Source: Paraspadella gotoi (taxonomy: Eukaryota > Animalia > Chaetognatha). From it: a DNA stretch of 64,000 bases. The notes beneath the pieces were generated by a model. It was not told the DNA's origin, searched no databases, and saw nothing but the letters and a program-made list of their open reading frames with translations. Below, in pieces: positions 29,826 to 41,800 of the stretch. The DNA is taken from contig CM119264.1 in the NCBI GenBank assembly GCA_051294375.1, forward strand, positions 557,173-621,172, read 5' to 3'. Positions within the stretch are counted from its first letter, which is position 1. Every line of letters starts with the position of its first letter. The translations under genes were made by a program, and so were the position numbers.

Positions 29826-32800
29826 ATGGCGGAACTGCTGTCGGTTCACGTTCACGCCGCACAGAGCATGGTGCAGTTTAATCCTGACCCCAAGGTGAGT
29901 TTTAACTTAACTTTTAACAGTTACCTTTTCTTTATGTATTCGGGTTTGATTATTATGCGTGATAAATATTTCGTGGTTTTAAATTACTAACGATAACAAG
30001 AGATGGTTTTAAATATATATATATATACACATAGGCACTATATGACTTTCGCCGACTGGAACCTACCCAATTGGTTATTTGTTGGTCCGTCGGTCCCACC
30101 CCAAAATCTTGTCGGAAAATCATTTAAATCTCATCAGAACATTGAATTATGATAAATTATGCAAAAAAAATTATGCCCGTCCATCTGTCGGTTCGTCCGT
30201 CCGTCTGTCCATCCATCCCCCTTTAAAAAAAAAATTAATTTCTCGTGATTGGATGAATTGGAATGAAATTTTATGTATTGTAGGAAAGTGTGCGTTTAAG
30301 CTGGATGTCAAGTTTCAATAGAATTGTGCAAGTGTCAAGAAGATAGAGAAAGTGATGTAACAAAATCTAATTATATTAATTAAATAAAACAATAAGATAA
30401 ATAATGCTATCTTTGAAACCTGAAACAACCGAGAATCGATATGTGATAGGGATAAAGATAATAGATCTGAAAGCGTGATGTAATAGACATGCAGTGACGC
30501 TATAAAACTAATTATGCTTGTACAGAGCGATGAATACCACGGAAAGTGTTACAATATGTTGAATAAATATAATTAAAAATGAATAATAATTGAACGATTT
30601 AATTATAAGTTAATTAAAATGATGAATAATGAATAATAGAGGTTAAAAGAGAGATAAAAAGTCAGCTAGAGTGGAAGAAAGGAGAGAGAGAGCAAGCTAT
30701 AATTCATAAACAAAAAATAGAATAGAAGAAGAAGATAAGGTATGTAACGGGATTTGTTTTTTATTGAAGCGTACGATTAATAACGAGGGAAAAAATGAAA
30801 ATTAAGATAAATATTATTAATTCAGTAAGAATTTTAGGAGTTCTTAATTTAGATTAACCATGTACTGAATCTGACAGAGATATCAAGATAGAGAATATTT
30901 AATAAATGTCGATATTTATTAAAATTTTGCATTGATTCAAAAGATTACTGAGTAGATGAAAAAAATCTCGAAATAAAAAGAGGCTTGATCTGAAAAAAAA
31001 CGTTAACAGAAACAAAAATAATAATACATTATTGCTCAGCTAAATTAAAAATAAAAACCTAATATGTCGTAAATAAATAATGAGGAATAGATAAATTTTA
31101 ATCTATTTGTATCTTGGCTTTAATATTTGTCTACCACAAAAAAAATGATGTGAGATTCTAAGTCTATTTCGTCTTTACGTTGGCGTTATAGAAGTGGGAG
31201 TACAGTCTACAATAGAACGCCGCGTGCCAACGACGACAGGCTAATGCCAAGCTCCGGTGAGAGCAGAGAGGGAGAGAGAGAAGAGAATGAGTGAGAGAGA
31301 GAGAGCGTGCAACATAAATACGGTCACAGTTTGCATGTAATTAATGATGTATTCACGCAATTCTTTATTAATTTGTAATAATTTATATCGGGTATACTTG
31401 TAAACGAAGCGGTGTGTGATTAATTTTATGCAGGGATAAGTGTCAGGGGAAGCTTTCATCAAGGCTATATCTGGTTACTAACTACCCGTTGTCCCAGCTA
31501 GTGAACGCGATAATACAGATCTCTAATCTTCTAATTCTAATTATTAATCTAAATCTTAATAAATGTTTTAAATTCTATCTTTGAATTCTAACTTAATCTA
31601 TTAAATTCTAATTTCTGAGGTAATTTATATTCTAATCGTGAATTCTTCTAATTTTCTAAATTCTATTTCTAATTCTTAATTTATTCTATTCTAATTCTAA
31701 TTCTTAAATGTTCTAATTCCTATTTTTCTAATTCTATCTTTAATATTCTGAATCTTCTATATTTTTATTTTATTTTCTTATAATTCTATCGTTAATCAAT
31801 GCCTTTTTTCTAATCTAACTTTAATTTCTAATTGTAATTGTAATCTGTTAGATGGAAGGATTACACGCTCCAGGAAACAAAGTCACGCCGTCAACGAAAG
31901 GAGCCTACGGATCAGGCAACTCATGACGGATCTTCAATATTTGAGTGGGCATTGAGTCAACATAGATGGCAGGCGACCGAGGTGCGCACCAGAGATGAAC
32001 TGTCCAAGGACGAGCGTCGATTAAGCTCTGAATTGGCTTACGTAATATATATTTAATTGTTGATAAAGTCTATGAATGAATTTAAATATTTAAAAAAAAT
32101 ATATTGAAATCGACCGACTAATTAATATTATACTAGTTTAAAACGAACATATCATAAGAAAATAGCATAATAAAACGGCAGAATATTCAAAATTTCGTAA
32201 ACACCTTGCAAAATATATAACGCTAAAAAATGTCTTGTTTTAAAGTATATTCATCAAATTGTACAGTATTGGGATAGACTGGTCTTCTGCAATTTCTAGT
32301 CTTTCGCGCAAGAGCTACTGCATGCTAATTAATTGCTATTATTAATTGCCTAATTAATTAAATAATAATGAATAATTATTGAATTAATTAATTACCGATA
32401 ATGATAGTGGCAGATGCATGTTGCTTCAATATTTGTTTTTCCCGTAGCACTACTGACAATTCAAAAGCTGATCCAAGTGACATGTTTGTAGAAATTGTTG
32501 CAACGATCAGACTACGAACCTTAACATAGACTGTGGTAGATATACAACTTAAACAAGTGGAGTTTTTAATCACTTAACAATATCAGTAGGATTTTATAAA
32601 TTTTGAAAACAAAAGTAATTAATTTATGAGCTTTTAAACTTCTCGTTATAAAAATTGTATTGTTGTTAAATGTGTTGAATGTGTCCCCGAATATTTACGA
32701 TCTGTTAAACTAGTTTATCAATATAAATAAGAGTTACTTACGGTTGAATAAAAGGTACGCTCTTAAGCAGATAAGTCAACGTGGCAGCAAAAACAACAGT

Positions 32801-35800
32801 AGCATCCAAGAAAGACAGCAGTAAAAAAAAACAATATCACAAATACTCAGACTCGAACAAATAGACATAGTGGGGTTAGACGGTGAGGGAGGGTAAACGC
32901 TTGGGCATGGAAAACGTCTCAAGCGAGTTCGAGAAGCCAGGACTCTGCATGACCTGGTATAGGGGGTGAAGATGGTGATCGAAAAGAACCTTCAGTCCAT
33001 TAGCGCGTTTACGGTCACGGTCGCTAGATATTAACTATATATAGTAGCTTTCTAGATTTGTATTGACTATTTGTCAGTATCAGCTGTTATATATTATTAA
33101 TTATAGTTTATTAATAATATATATATATTTTGTATAAGAATTTTTTTTTATGATCAAATAATTTATAAGAATGGTAAACTAATTTAGTAAGGATAGAATA
33201 AATATTTTAATATTTTTTTTAAATACAGAGCTGTGGCATCTCCTCGTGGAACTCGTTTAGCATTTCACATCATAAACCAGCCTCTTAACGAAACCTAATC
33301 ATCTTTAACATTGCCTAATTCCATTACAGCCAACATTGCAACCTAATCCAGCCTAATCATGCTTAATTCCGAATTGCAATTTTCAAGCCACCTGTTACAG
33401 AATACTAATCTTTAATGCTTCTTAATTACAATTAACGAGCCACCTACATCAACTTTAATGCCACTAATCCTCCATCCATCCTAATAATTACCCAGCCACT
33501 ACAGCAACCTAATCCACCCTTCCACATTTCCCGGAGGATTGTTGACAAGTTCACAACGCTATTGGAGAGGCGTTTCCTCTGTCGCCAGAGAGTTGGCCCG
33601 ACCGGGTGTTCCTCGCCTCAAGAGACCCAGGATTGTCGAGTATCTCGTCGACGGCGGTCAACTTCGCTTCGATGCTGATCTTTTCGTGGAGTTTAAGATT
33701 CGCCGCCACCATCATGGCTGATTGAAAAAGAATAATTTGGGAGGGAAGGGGTATTCTTTTTCAATCTTCGGCATAAAAATGGCTTCAGGAAGAGAATGTT
33801 ATGAGGCTAAGCTATAATGCAAATGGTTTTCAAATATCAATCTCTACTAAGACGTTCAAGATCTTGTAAGGTCGCGGGTTCTACGCCTAAGTCGAACCAG
33901 ATCTTTACTCTGTATTCGCTATTCACTTTGTATTATGGTGGACTAAACACAACCGTTCATCAGCGGCATTGGTGCCGGGCTTATATTGAACGGTTGTCAT
34001 TAACACATATCAATAATTATTGTCTTCCAGTATGAACATTTAATTGTAATTCTAGATTAGATTTTTTAATATATACTGCCAGTACAATGTGATCTGAACT
34101 ACTTCACGAAAAAAATAAGCGATTAGTTTTTTGTTAGTGATTAGAAAGATTAAGGATTTGGTTAGAAAGATTAGGATTTGTTGGAAAGATAAAATTGTGT
34201 TGGAAAGATTAAAATTTGGTTGAAAGATTAAGGATTTGGTTGGATAAGGATTAAGATATTTGGTTGGAAAGATTAAGTATTGGGAGATGAGGGTTAGAAA
34301 CTTAGGTTTAGACTTAGGGGGTTAAGGTTAGGGTTTAAGGTTTATGTTAGGGTTAAAGACTGAGGTTAGGAATAAGGGTTAAGTATCCGAGATAAAAAAT
34401 TTGGTAATAGAGTTAAATATTAACGTTACAATTAAATTCAAGAACTAGAGGAAAGCTGATTTAAATCGAATAAATTGGAATTATTAAATTCTCTAAATTT
34501 AAATTCTATTATTAAGATTCTATTAAATTTTAATTTCTTAAATTTTATAAATTCTATTAATTTCATCAAATTCCTTAAATTCATTCACCTTCGTGAATCG
34601 TGAGCTGTTCCAACAGTTGATCGTCCTGCATAATGTAACAAGACATTTTTCTGAATTGTCGGCAAATTTCTCTCTTTGTCGTTGACCAAAATTTCTTCCG
34701 CTGACTCCCTTAAGTCGAAAACTGTGAGTGCCGGGGGGCGGGGGGGGAAGTAGATACTCAGATAGAAAATTCACTGGGTAGCGTCCGACTTTCTGCCCGA
34801 AATATGATTCTCTCTGAGGCGTTTTTATTCATATCCAATTGTGATTCAGATCCGTAGAAACATATATACATTAGCATAAAATGATACATTAAATGAACAC
34901 AGAAAATAATAATAATTTATGCAATTTAGCAGATAATCAAGACATCGTTTTAACTATGTAAAATAGAGAGAGCAAAGAGATAAAAATAAAAAAGAGAGAA
35001 AAGAAAAGAGGAGACAGAGACCCACTCACCGGTCAAAATGTTCATCAGCGATACTTTCCCGATCCAGATGGACCCATAATCGCGGTGAGGTTTTCAGATT
35101 CAAACTTTCCCGAAATTCGTTCAGATCGTTTTGAAATCCTGAGATTATTGATAAATGTTATTGTTTATAGAATTATATTGTTTTACTAGATAGATTTAAA
35201 AGGAGGAAAACATTGGTGGAATTTCAACTAATTTTCGATTATACATGACGTCTCTCGTTTAATATCAAATAATAATAAATTTCTTTCGTTTTATTTCCTT
35301 TTTTTTAAAATTAAGAGCTTAACCTTAAAACTTTCTCTATGCGTCAGTCCTATTCTACTATCCGCATAGTCTATCAGTATCCTACTCAATAGTCCTTGTC
35401 GGTCGGTGTATGTCAATACTGTCCTATTATATTAAAAATTGGGTAATATTTTTATTTTGATAAGAAAATACTATACAGACCTTAACATGCATAATTGCAT
35501 ATGTATCAAGTTCCCCTCTGCTTACCTTTGTTCCTTCCTCAGAACGGAATACTGCACGTTTCTAAATTGATAGTCCAGTTTCTCTTCGGCAAATGTTGCA
35601 TTAGTCTTTTCGCTCTTGTCTCACCAAGTTGGTGGCTTTTGCCGGGATCTTCTGACTCCGACGCGAAGTTTTAACGGGATCGTCGATCCACGTGTAGCAA
35701 ACTGGAGAAGAGAGAGAAGGACGAGAGAGAGAGAAGAGAGACGAGGAGACGAGAGAGAGAGGAGAAGGAAAAAGTAAGATACACCATTATAATCCAGACA

Positions 35801-38800
35801 GGTTTTTATCGGCAAAGCTAAGAGTAGCTTGTAACTTCAAATCCACTGGCACCAAAATTATTTAACATCTCGCCGTCTTTTTGTTCTCCGATATTTCAGA
35901 TAGATTAAGTAGGCTCCCTCTGTGATTAATTCGTTTATTATTTACCTTTAAATAGTAAATCTACTGATGAATTAAATTCAATAGGGCGGGCGGTTTAAAC
36001 ATATTAGTTCTTGAAGGTCACTTTTAGGTAAAAAAATTTTTAAAAAGTTCGATTTTTAATGTTTTATTTTGCTATTAAAATTACAATATTACTAATAATA
36101 TAAGATAAAAATTTTTTAATCAATCTTAACTTTTTTTGATAGGATTCTGATAGAGCATAAAAAGTTAAATAAAAAAATTAAACTACAACCTTAGAATATT
36201 TTATGTTTCTTTGGTCAAAAATTTAAAACAAGTAATAAAGATTAATCGAAAAGATGAATGATGATGTATATATAAATAAGTTTCATATTTTCACATAACT
36301 TATGATCAAAAATATCGAAAAAGAATTATAACTTTGTGTAGACACTTTTTGCAAGCATACTGAACTGATCGGTAAAAATAAAAAAAATCCAAAAAAAATT
36401 TTTCGCCTTTCTATTTAAAATAGAATATTAAAAAATTAATATATAGAGTATAGAGGTAATATAATAAAAATTTTGCTATTTCAAATATTTTAAAAAATGT
36501 CTAAATTTGTTTGAGTAGGTGCTTAATTCATTTCTTAACCACTTATTGGAGTAGTCTCCCCCTACTTTAAAAACGGGCTCTATATTCGAATCTCATTCGG
36601 TCGATTTATCTCGGTGGAAGGTGTTCCTCTATAATATACATACTTAGTATCCCGAGTAATTATCTTTATGATTCGCACTAATTATCATAGCAGAATGCAG
36701 ACTTGTTGCTCAAATTGTTTTTATAAACATTATCTTTGCANNNNNNNNNNNNNNNNNNNNNNNNNATTACATGAAATAATTGCATATGTTCATTTCTTGT
36801 AAAGACAGATGGTCACGTTATTACTTTAAAAAGTGATCACATGACCTAAAATTCAATGAAACTCATACAATCATTGAAGTATCTTTAATTAAATATCTTT
36901 ATATGTATTTACAAACTTGTAATTAAATAATCTTCGCAGAACTATGTGTTTTACAGAGGGTGCCAAACCCGCAGCGGTGTCACCTCAGTGCACAGGGTTT
37001 GCCCGGTCCCATACCCACTTATCTATAAGACAACCTCAGGTCTTGAAACCAGGGTACGCACATGGGGATGGTGCATTAGTCCACCTGGTTATGAAAGAAA
37101 ACAGACTTTAATCTCATCTGTGGTGATAGGACCACCAGAGGACCATTCTGCTAGCGCCTACCTTCAGGAATCCTAAACTATAAGAGAATTAAAAGACGGA
37201 ATTTTGATCGCAGTGCAACGGACATAAATACAGGGCATAGAAAGTGTTTTATCATGTCATGTCGTATCATTGACTCAAGGGGAGAATACACGATGAAAAT
37301 AAGAGTCACTGCGGCGCACAACAACATTGGATGAACGAAACTATGGTGCTAATCACATTCATCATAGCGCGCCAGATTGCGAGGATTTTCCCCTCTCTTA
37401 CCTTTAGTTCCTTCCTCAGAAACGGAATATCTGCACGTTCTAAATTCGACTAGTCACGGTTTCTCTTCGGCAAATGTGACCATAGTCTTTCGCTCTTGTC
37501 CTGCGCTCACCAGTTTGGTGGCTTTTGCCGGGGATCCTCTGACTCCGACGCGAGTTTTAGAACGGGATCGCTCGATCACGTTGGTATGCAATAAAAACTG
37601 GAGAGAGACGGAGATGAGAGAGAGAGAGGAAGAGAGAGAGAGAGAGAGAGAGAAAGTAAGATCACACATGTCACTAAAGCCAGACAGGTTTTATCGGAAA
37701 CTAAGGATACTTTGTAGCTTCCAAATCCTGCACCAAATTTATTTTAACATCTCGCCGTCTTTTTGTTCCCGATAAATCAGATAGATTAATATGGCTCCTC
37801 CTGTGATTAATCCTTTATTATTTACCTTCTTAAACAGGTCTATATCCGATTCTCACTCAGTTCGATTTTTATCTCGGTGGCAGGGTGTTCTCTAATATCT
37901 ACATACTTAGTATACCCGAAGTTAATTATATTTATGATTACCACTAAATTATCATAGGCAGATCCGACATGTTTGCTCAAACTTGTTTTATTAAAACTCT
38001 ACATTCACTTAGCACAATCTCTATTGAAACTGACCTCCAGCTTAATCGCACATTTCCTACACATACATAAAATTTAATTCCACGTATCCATTCCAATCAC
38101 GCAGAAATTGCAGTTTTTTTTTAAGAAGGGGGGATGGGGTGGTTATGGACAGCGTACGGATGTTAAAGGTCTTATAGTATTTTCTTATCAAATTAATAAA
38201 GTATTACCCAATTTTTAATATAATTAGGACAGATTGACATACCGACCGACCGACAAGGGACTTATTGAGTAGGATACTGGATAGACTGATGCAGGATAGT
38301 AGAATAGACTGACGCATAGAGAGAAGTTTTAAGGTTAGCTCTTAATTTTAAAAAAAAGGAAATAAAACGAAAGAAATATTTATTATTATTTGATATTAAA
38401 CGAGAGACGTCATGTATAATCGAAAATTAGTTGAAATTCCACACAATGTTTCCTCCTTTTAAATCTATCTAGTATAAACAATATAATTCTATAAACAATA
38501 ACATTTATCAATAATCTCAGGATTCAAAACGATCTTGAAGCGAATTTCGGGAAAGTTTGAATCTGGAAAACTCACCGCGATTATGGGTCCATCTGGATCG
38601 GGAAAGTCATCGCTGATGAACATTTTGACCGGTGAGTGTGTCTCTGTCTCTCTCTTTCTTTTCTCTCTTTTTTATTTTTATCTCTTTTGCTCTCTCTATT
38701 TTACATAGTTAAAAACGATGTCTTGATTATCTGCTAAATTGCATAAATTTATTATTTTTCTGTCGTCATTTAATGTATCATTTTATGCTAATGTATATAT

Positions 38801-41800
38801 GTTTCTACGGATCTGAATCACAATTGGATATGAATAAAAACGCCTCAGAGAGAATCAATATTTCGTGGCAGAAAGTCGGACGCTACCCAGTGAATTTTCT
38901 ATCTAGTATCTACTTCCCCCACCCCCGCCCCCCGGCCACTCACAGGTTTTCGACTTAAGGGAGTCAGCGGAGAAATTTTGGTCAACGACAAAGAGAGAAA
39001 TTTGCGACAATTCAGAAAAATGTCTTGTTACATTATGCAGGACGATCAACTGTTGGAACAGCTCACGATTCACGAAGGTGAATGAATTTAAGGGAATTTG
39101 ATGAAATTTAATAGAATTTAATAAAATTTAAGAGAATTTAATAATTCCATGATTCGATTTAGATCAGCTTTCCCTCAGTTCTTGAATTTAATTGTAACGT
39201 TAAATATTTAACTCTATTACCAATATTTATCTCGATACTTAACCTTATTCCTAACCTCAGTCTTTAACCCTAACCTAAACCTTAACCCTAACCTTAACCC
39301 CTAAGTCTAAACCTAAGTTTCTAACCCTCATCTCCAAAATTACTTAACTTTCCAACCGAAATTCTTAATCTTTCCAACCAAATCCTTAATCTTTCCAACT
39401 AAATTCTTAATCTTTCCAACCAAATCCTTAATCTTTCCAACCAAATCCTTAATCTTTCCAACCAAATCCTTAATCTTTCTAATCACTAACAAAAAACTAA
39501 TCGGCTTATTTTTTTTTGTAAAGTAGTTCAGATTCACATTGTACTGGCAGTAAGTTCTAATCTAGGAATTACAATTAAATGTTCATACTGAAGAGACAAT
39601 AATTATTGATATGTGTTAATGACAGAACCGTTCAATATAAGCAGTCCCGGAGCTTTGGATCAGGCTGTAACACCATGTTACAGGCGGGTTAAGCGCCCCG
39701 TCCCTCTTAACTGCTAGGCGACCACCGGGCTAGAACCCCGGACCTTTGGGTTGGGAGGCGAATGACTTGCCTCCGGCACCAATGGCCGCTAATGAACGGT
39801 TGGTGGATTTTAGTCCACCATAATACAAAGTGAATAGTCGAAATACAGAGAAAGATCTGGTTCGACTTAGGCTAGAACCCGCGACCTTACAAGATCTTGT
39901 AACTTAGTAGAGATTGATATTTGAGAACCATTGCATTGCTCATAGCTTACCTCATAACATTCTCTTCCTGAAGCCATTTTATGCCGAAGATTGAAAAGAA
40001 TACCCCTTCCCTCCCAATATTCTTTTTCAATCAGCCATGATGGTGGCGGCGAATCTTAAACTCCACGAAAAGATCAGCATCGAAGCGAAGTTGACCGCCG
40101 TCGACGAGATACTCGACATCCTGGGTCTCTTGGAGGCGAGGAACACCCGGTCGGGCCAACTCTCTGGCGGACAGAGGAAACGCCTCTCCATAGCGTTGGA
40201 ACTTGTCAACAATCCTCCGGGTAAATGTGGAAGGGTGGATTAGGTTGCTGTAGTGGCTGGGTTAATTGATTAGGATGGATTTGGATGGATTAGTTTGCTG
40301 TAGTGGCTGGGTTAATTGATTAGGATTAGGATGGATTAGGATTAGGTTGCTGTAGTGGGTGGGTTAATTGATTAGGATTAGGATGGATTAGGATGGATTA
40401 GGTTGCTGTAGTGGGTGGGTTAATTGATTAGGATTGATTAGGATGGATTAGGTTGCGGTAGAGGCTGGTTTAATTGATGTTGATGCTGATATCGTAGCGG
40501 ACCGTGTGTAAAAGGCGCTAAGTGGACTGAAGGGTGCTATTCGTAACCTATTTCACCCCCTCTAGCAGTCATGGAACGGGTCCTGGGCTTCGAACTCGGC
40601 TTGAGGGTTTTCCATGCCCCCAAGGCGGTTTACGGCCGTCCTCACCGTCTAAGCCCGACTATGTCTATTTTGCTTCGAAAGTTGCTGTAGTAGTTGTGGT
40701 TATTGCTGCTGTGTATTCTTGGTTGCTACTGTGGTTGATGCTGCCACTGTTTGACTTTATTGCTGCTTAAGAGCTAACCTTTTTATTCAACCGTAAGTAT
40801 AAATCTTAATTTATTATTCGATAAATAAGTTTAACAGATCGTAAAATACGGACACATTCATAACGTCCTTTTTTAACAACAATTAAATTTTTATACGAGG
40901 AAAGTTTAAATCGCTCATAAATTAATACTTTTTGTTTTCAATAATTTTATAACAAATCGATACTGATATTGATTAAGGTGATTAAAACTGCCAACTTGTT
41001 TTAAAGTTTATTCTACCAAGTGCTTGTTAAAGGGTTCGTAGTCTCGTTGCAACAATTTGTTAACAAAAGACATGGGTCCTTGGATCAGCTTTTGAATTTG
41101 ATCAGTGGTGGCCTAGAGAGAGAAAAACAAGTTGAGCAAACAATGTCGGATCTGCCCACGATCATTATCGGTAATTAATTAATTAATAATTAATTAATAA
41201 TTAATTAATAATTAATTAATAATTAATTCAAGTTAATTATTAATTAATTAGGCAATTAATTAATCAGGCAATCAGGCATTAGCAGTAGGCATTAAGCATT
41301 AGCAGTAGCTCTTTGCGAAAAAAACTACGAAAATTGAAAGAATGCTCGTTATCCCGACTACTGTACATTTGATGAATGAATACTTTACAAATGAATAAAT
41401 TTTTTTTTAGCGTTATATTTTTGAAGGTAGTTTTACGAATTTGAATATTTTGCCGTTTTATTATATTGCTATTTTTTATATTTGTTCGTGTTTTAACTAA
41501 TATAATTATTTAATTAGTCCGTCGGATTTCATATATTTTTTAAATATTTAATATTCAATCAGAGTGAAGAGACTGATAATTTTTTATGTGATAGTGACAG
41601 AACCGTTCAATATAGGCAGTCCCTGAGCTTCGGATCAGGCTGTAACACCATGTTACAGGCGGTTAAGCGCCCCGTCCCTCTTAACTGCTAGGCGTCCACC
41701 GCGCTAGAACCCCGGACCTTTGGGTTGGGAGGCGAATGACTTGCCTCCGGCACCAATGGCGCTGATGAATGGTTGGTGGATTTTAGTCCACCATACATCC

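Noticed and set aside
33535-35702. A second functional ABCG paralog on the minus strand
   Set aside because: Only exons 2-5 are present, they carry frameshifting indels, and introns mirror the plus copy; best read as a haplotype or read duplicate.
39718-39789. Functional tRNA-Gly(CCC) gene
   Set aside because: The anticodon and D stems do not pair properly, and the cassette always occurs inside the same TSD-flanked repeat.
39589-39822. Plain SINE or Helentron-associated (HINE) element
   Set aside because: Initially suggested by the tRNA-like head, inverted repeats and hairpin. The fixed termini, 4-bp TSDs and the two-LTR copy with PBS and PPT fit an LTR element better.
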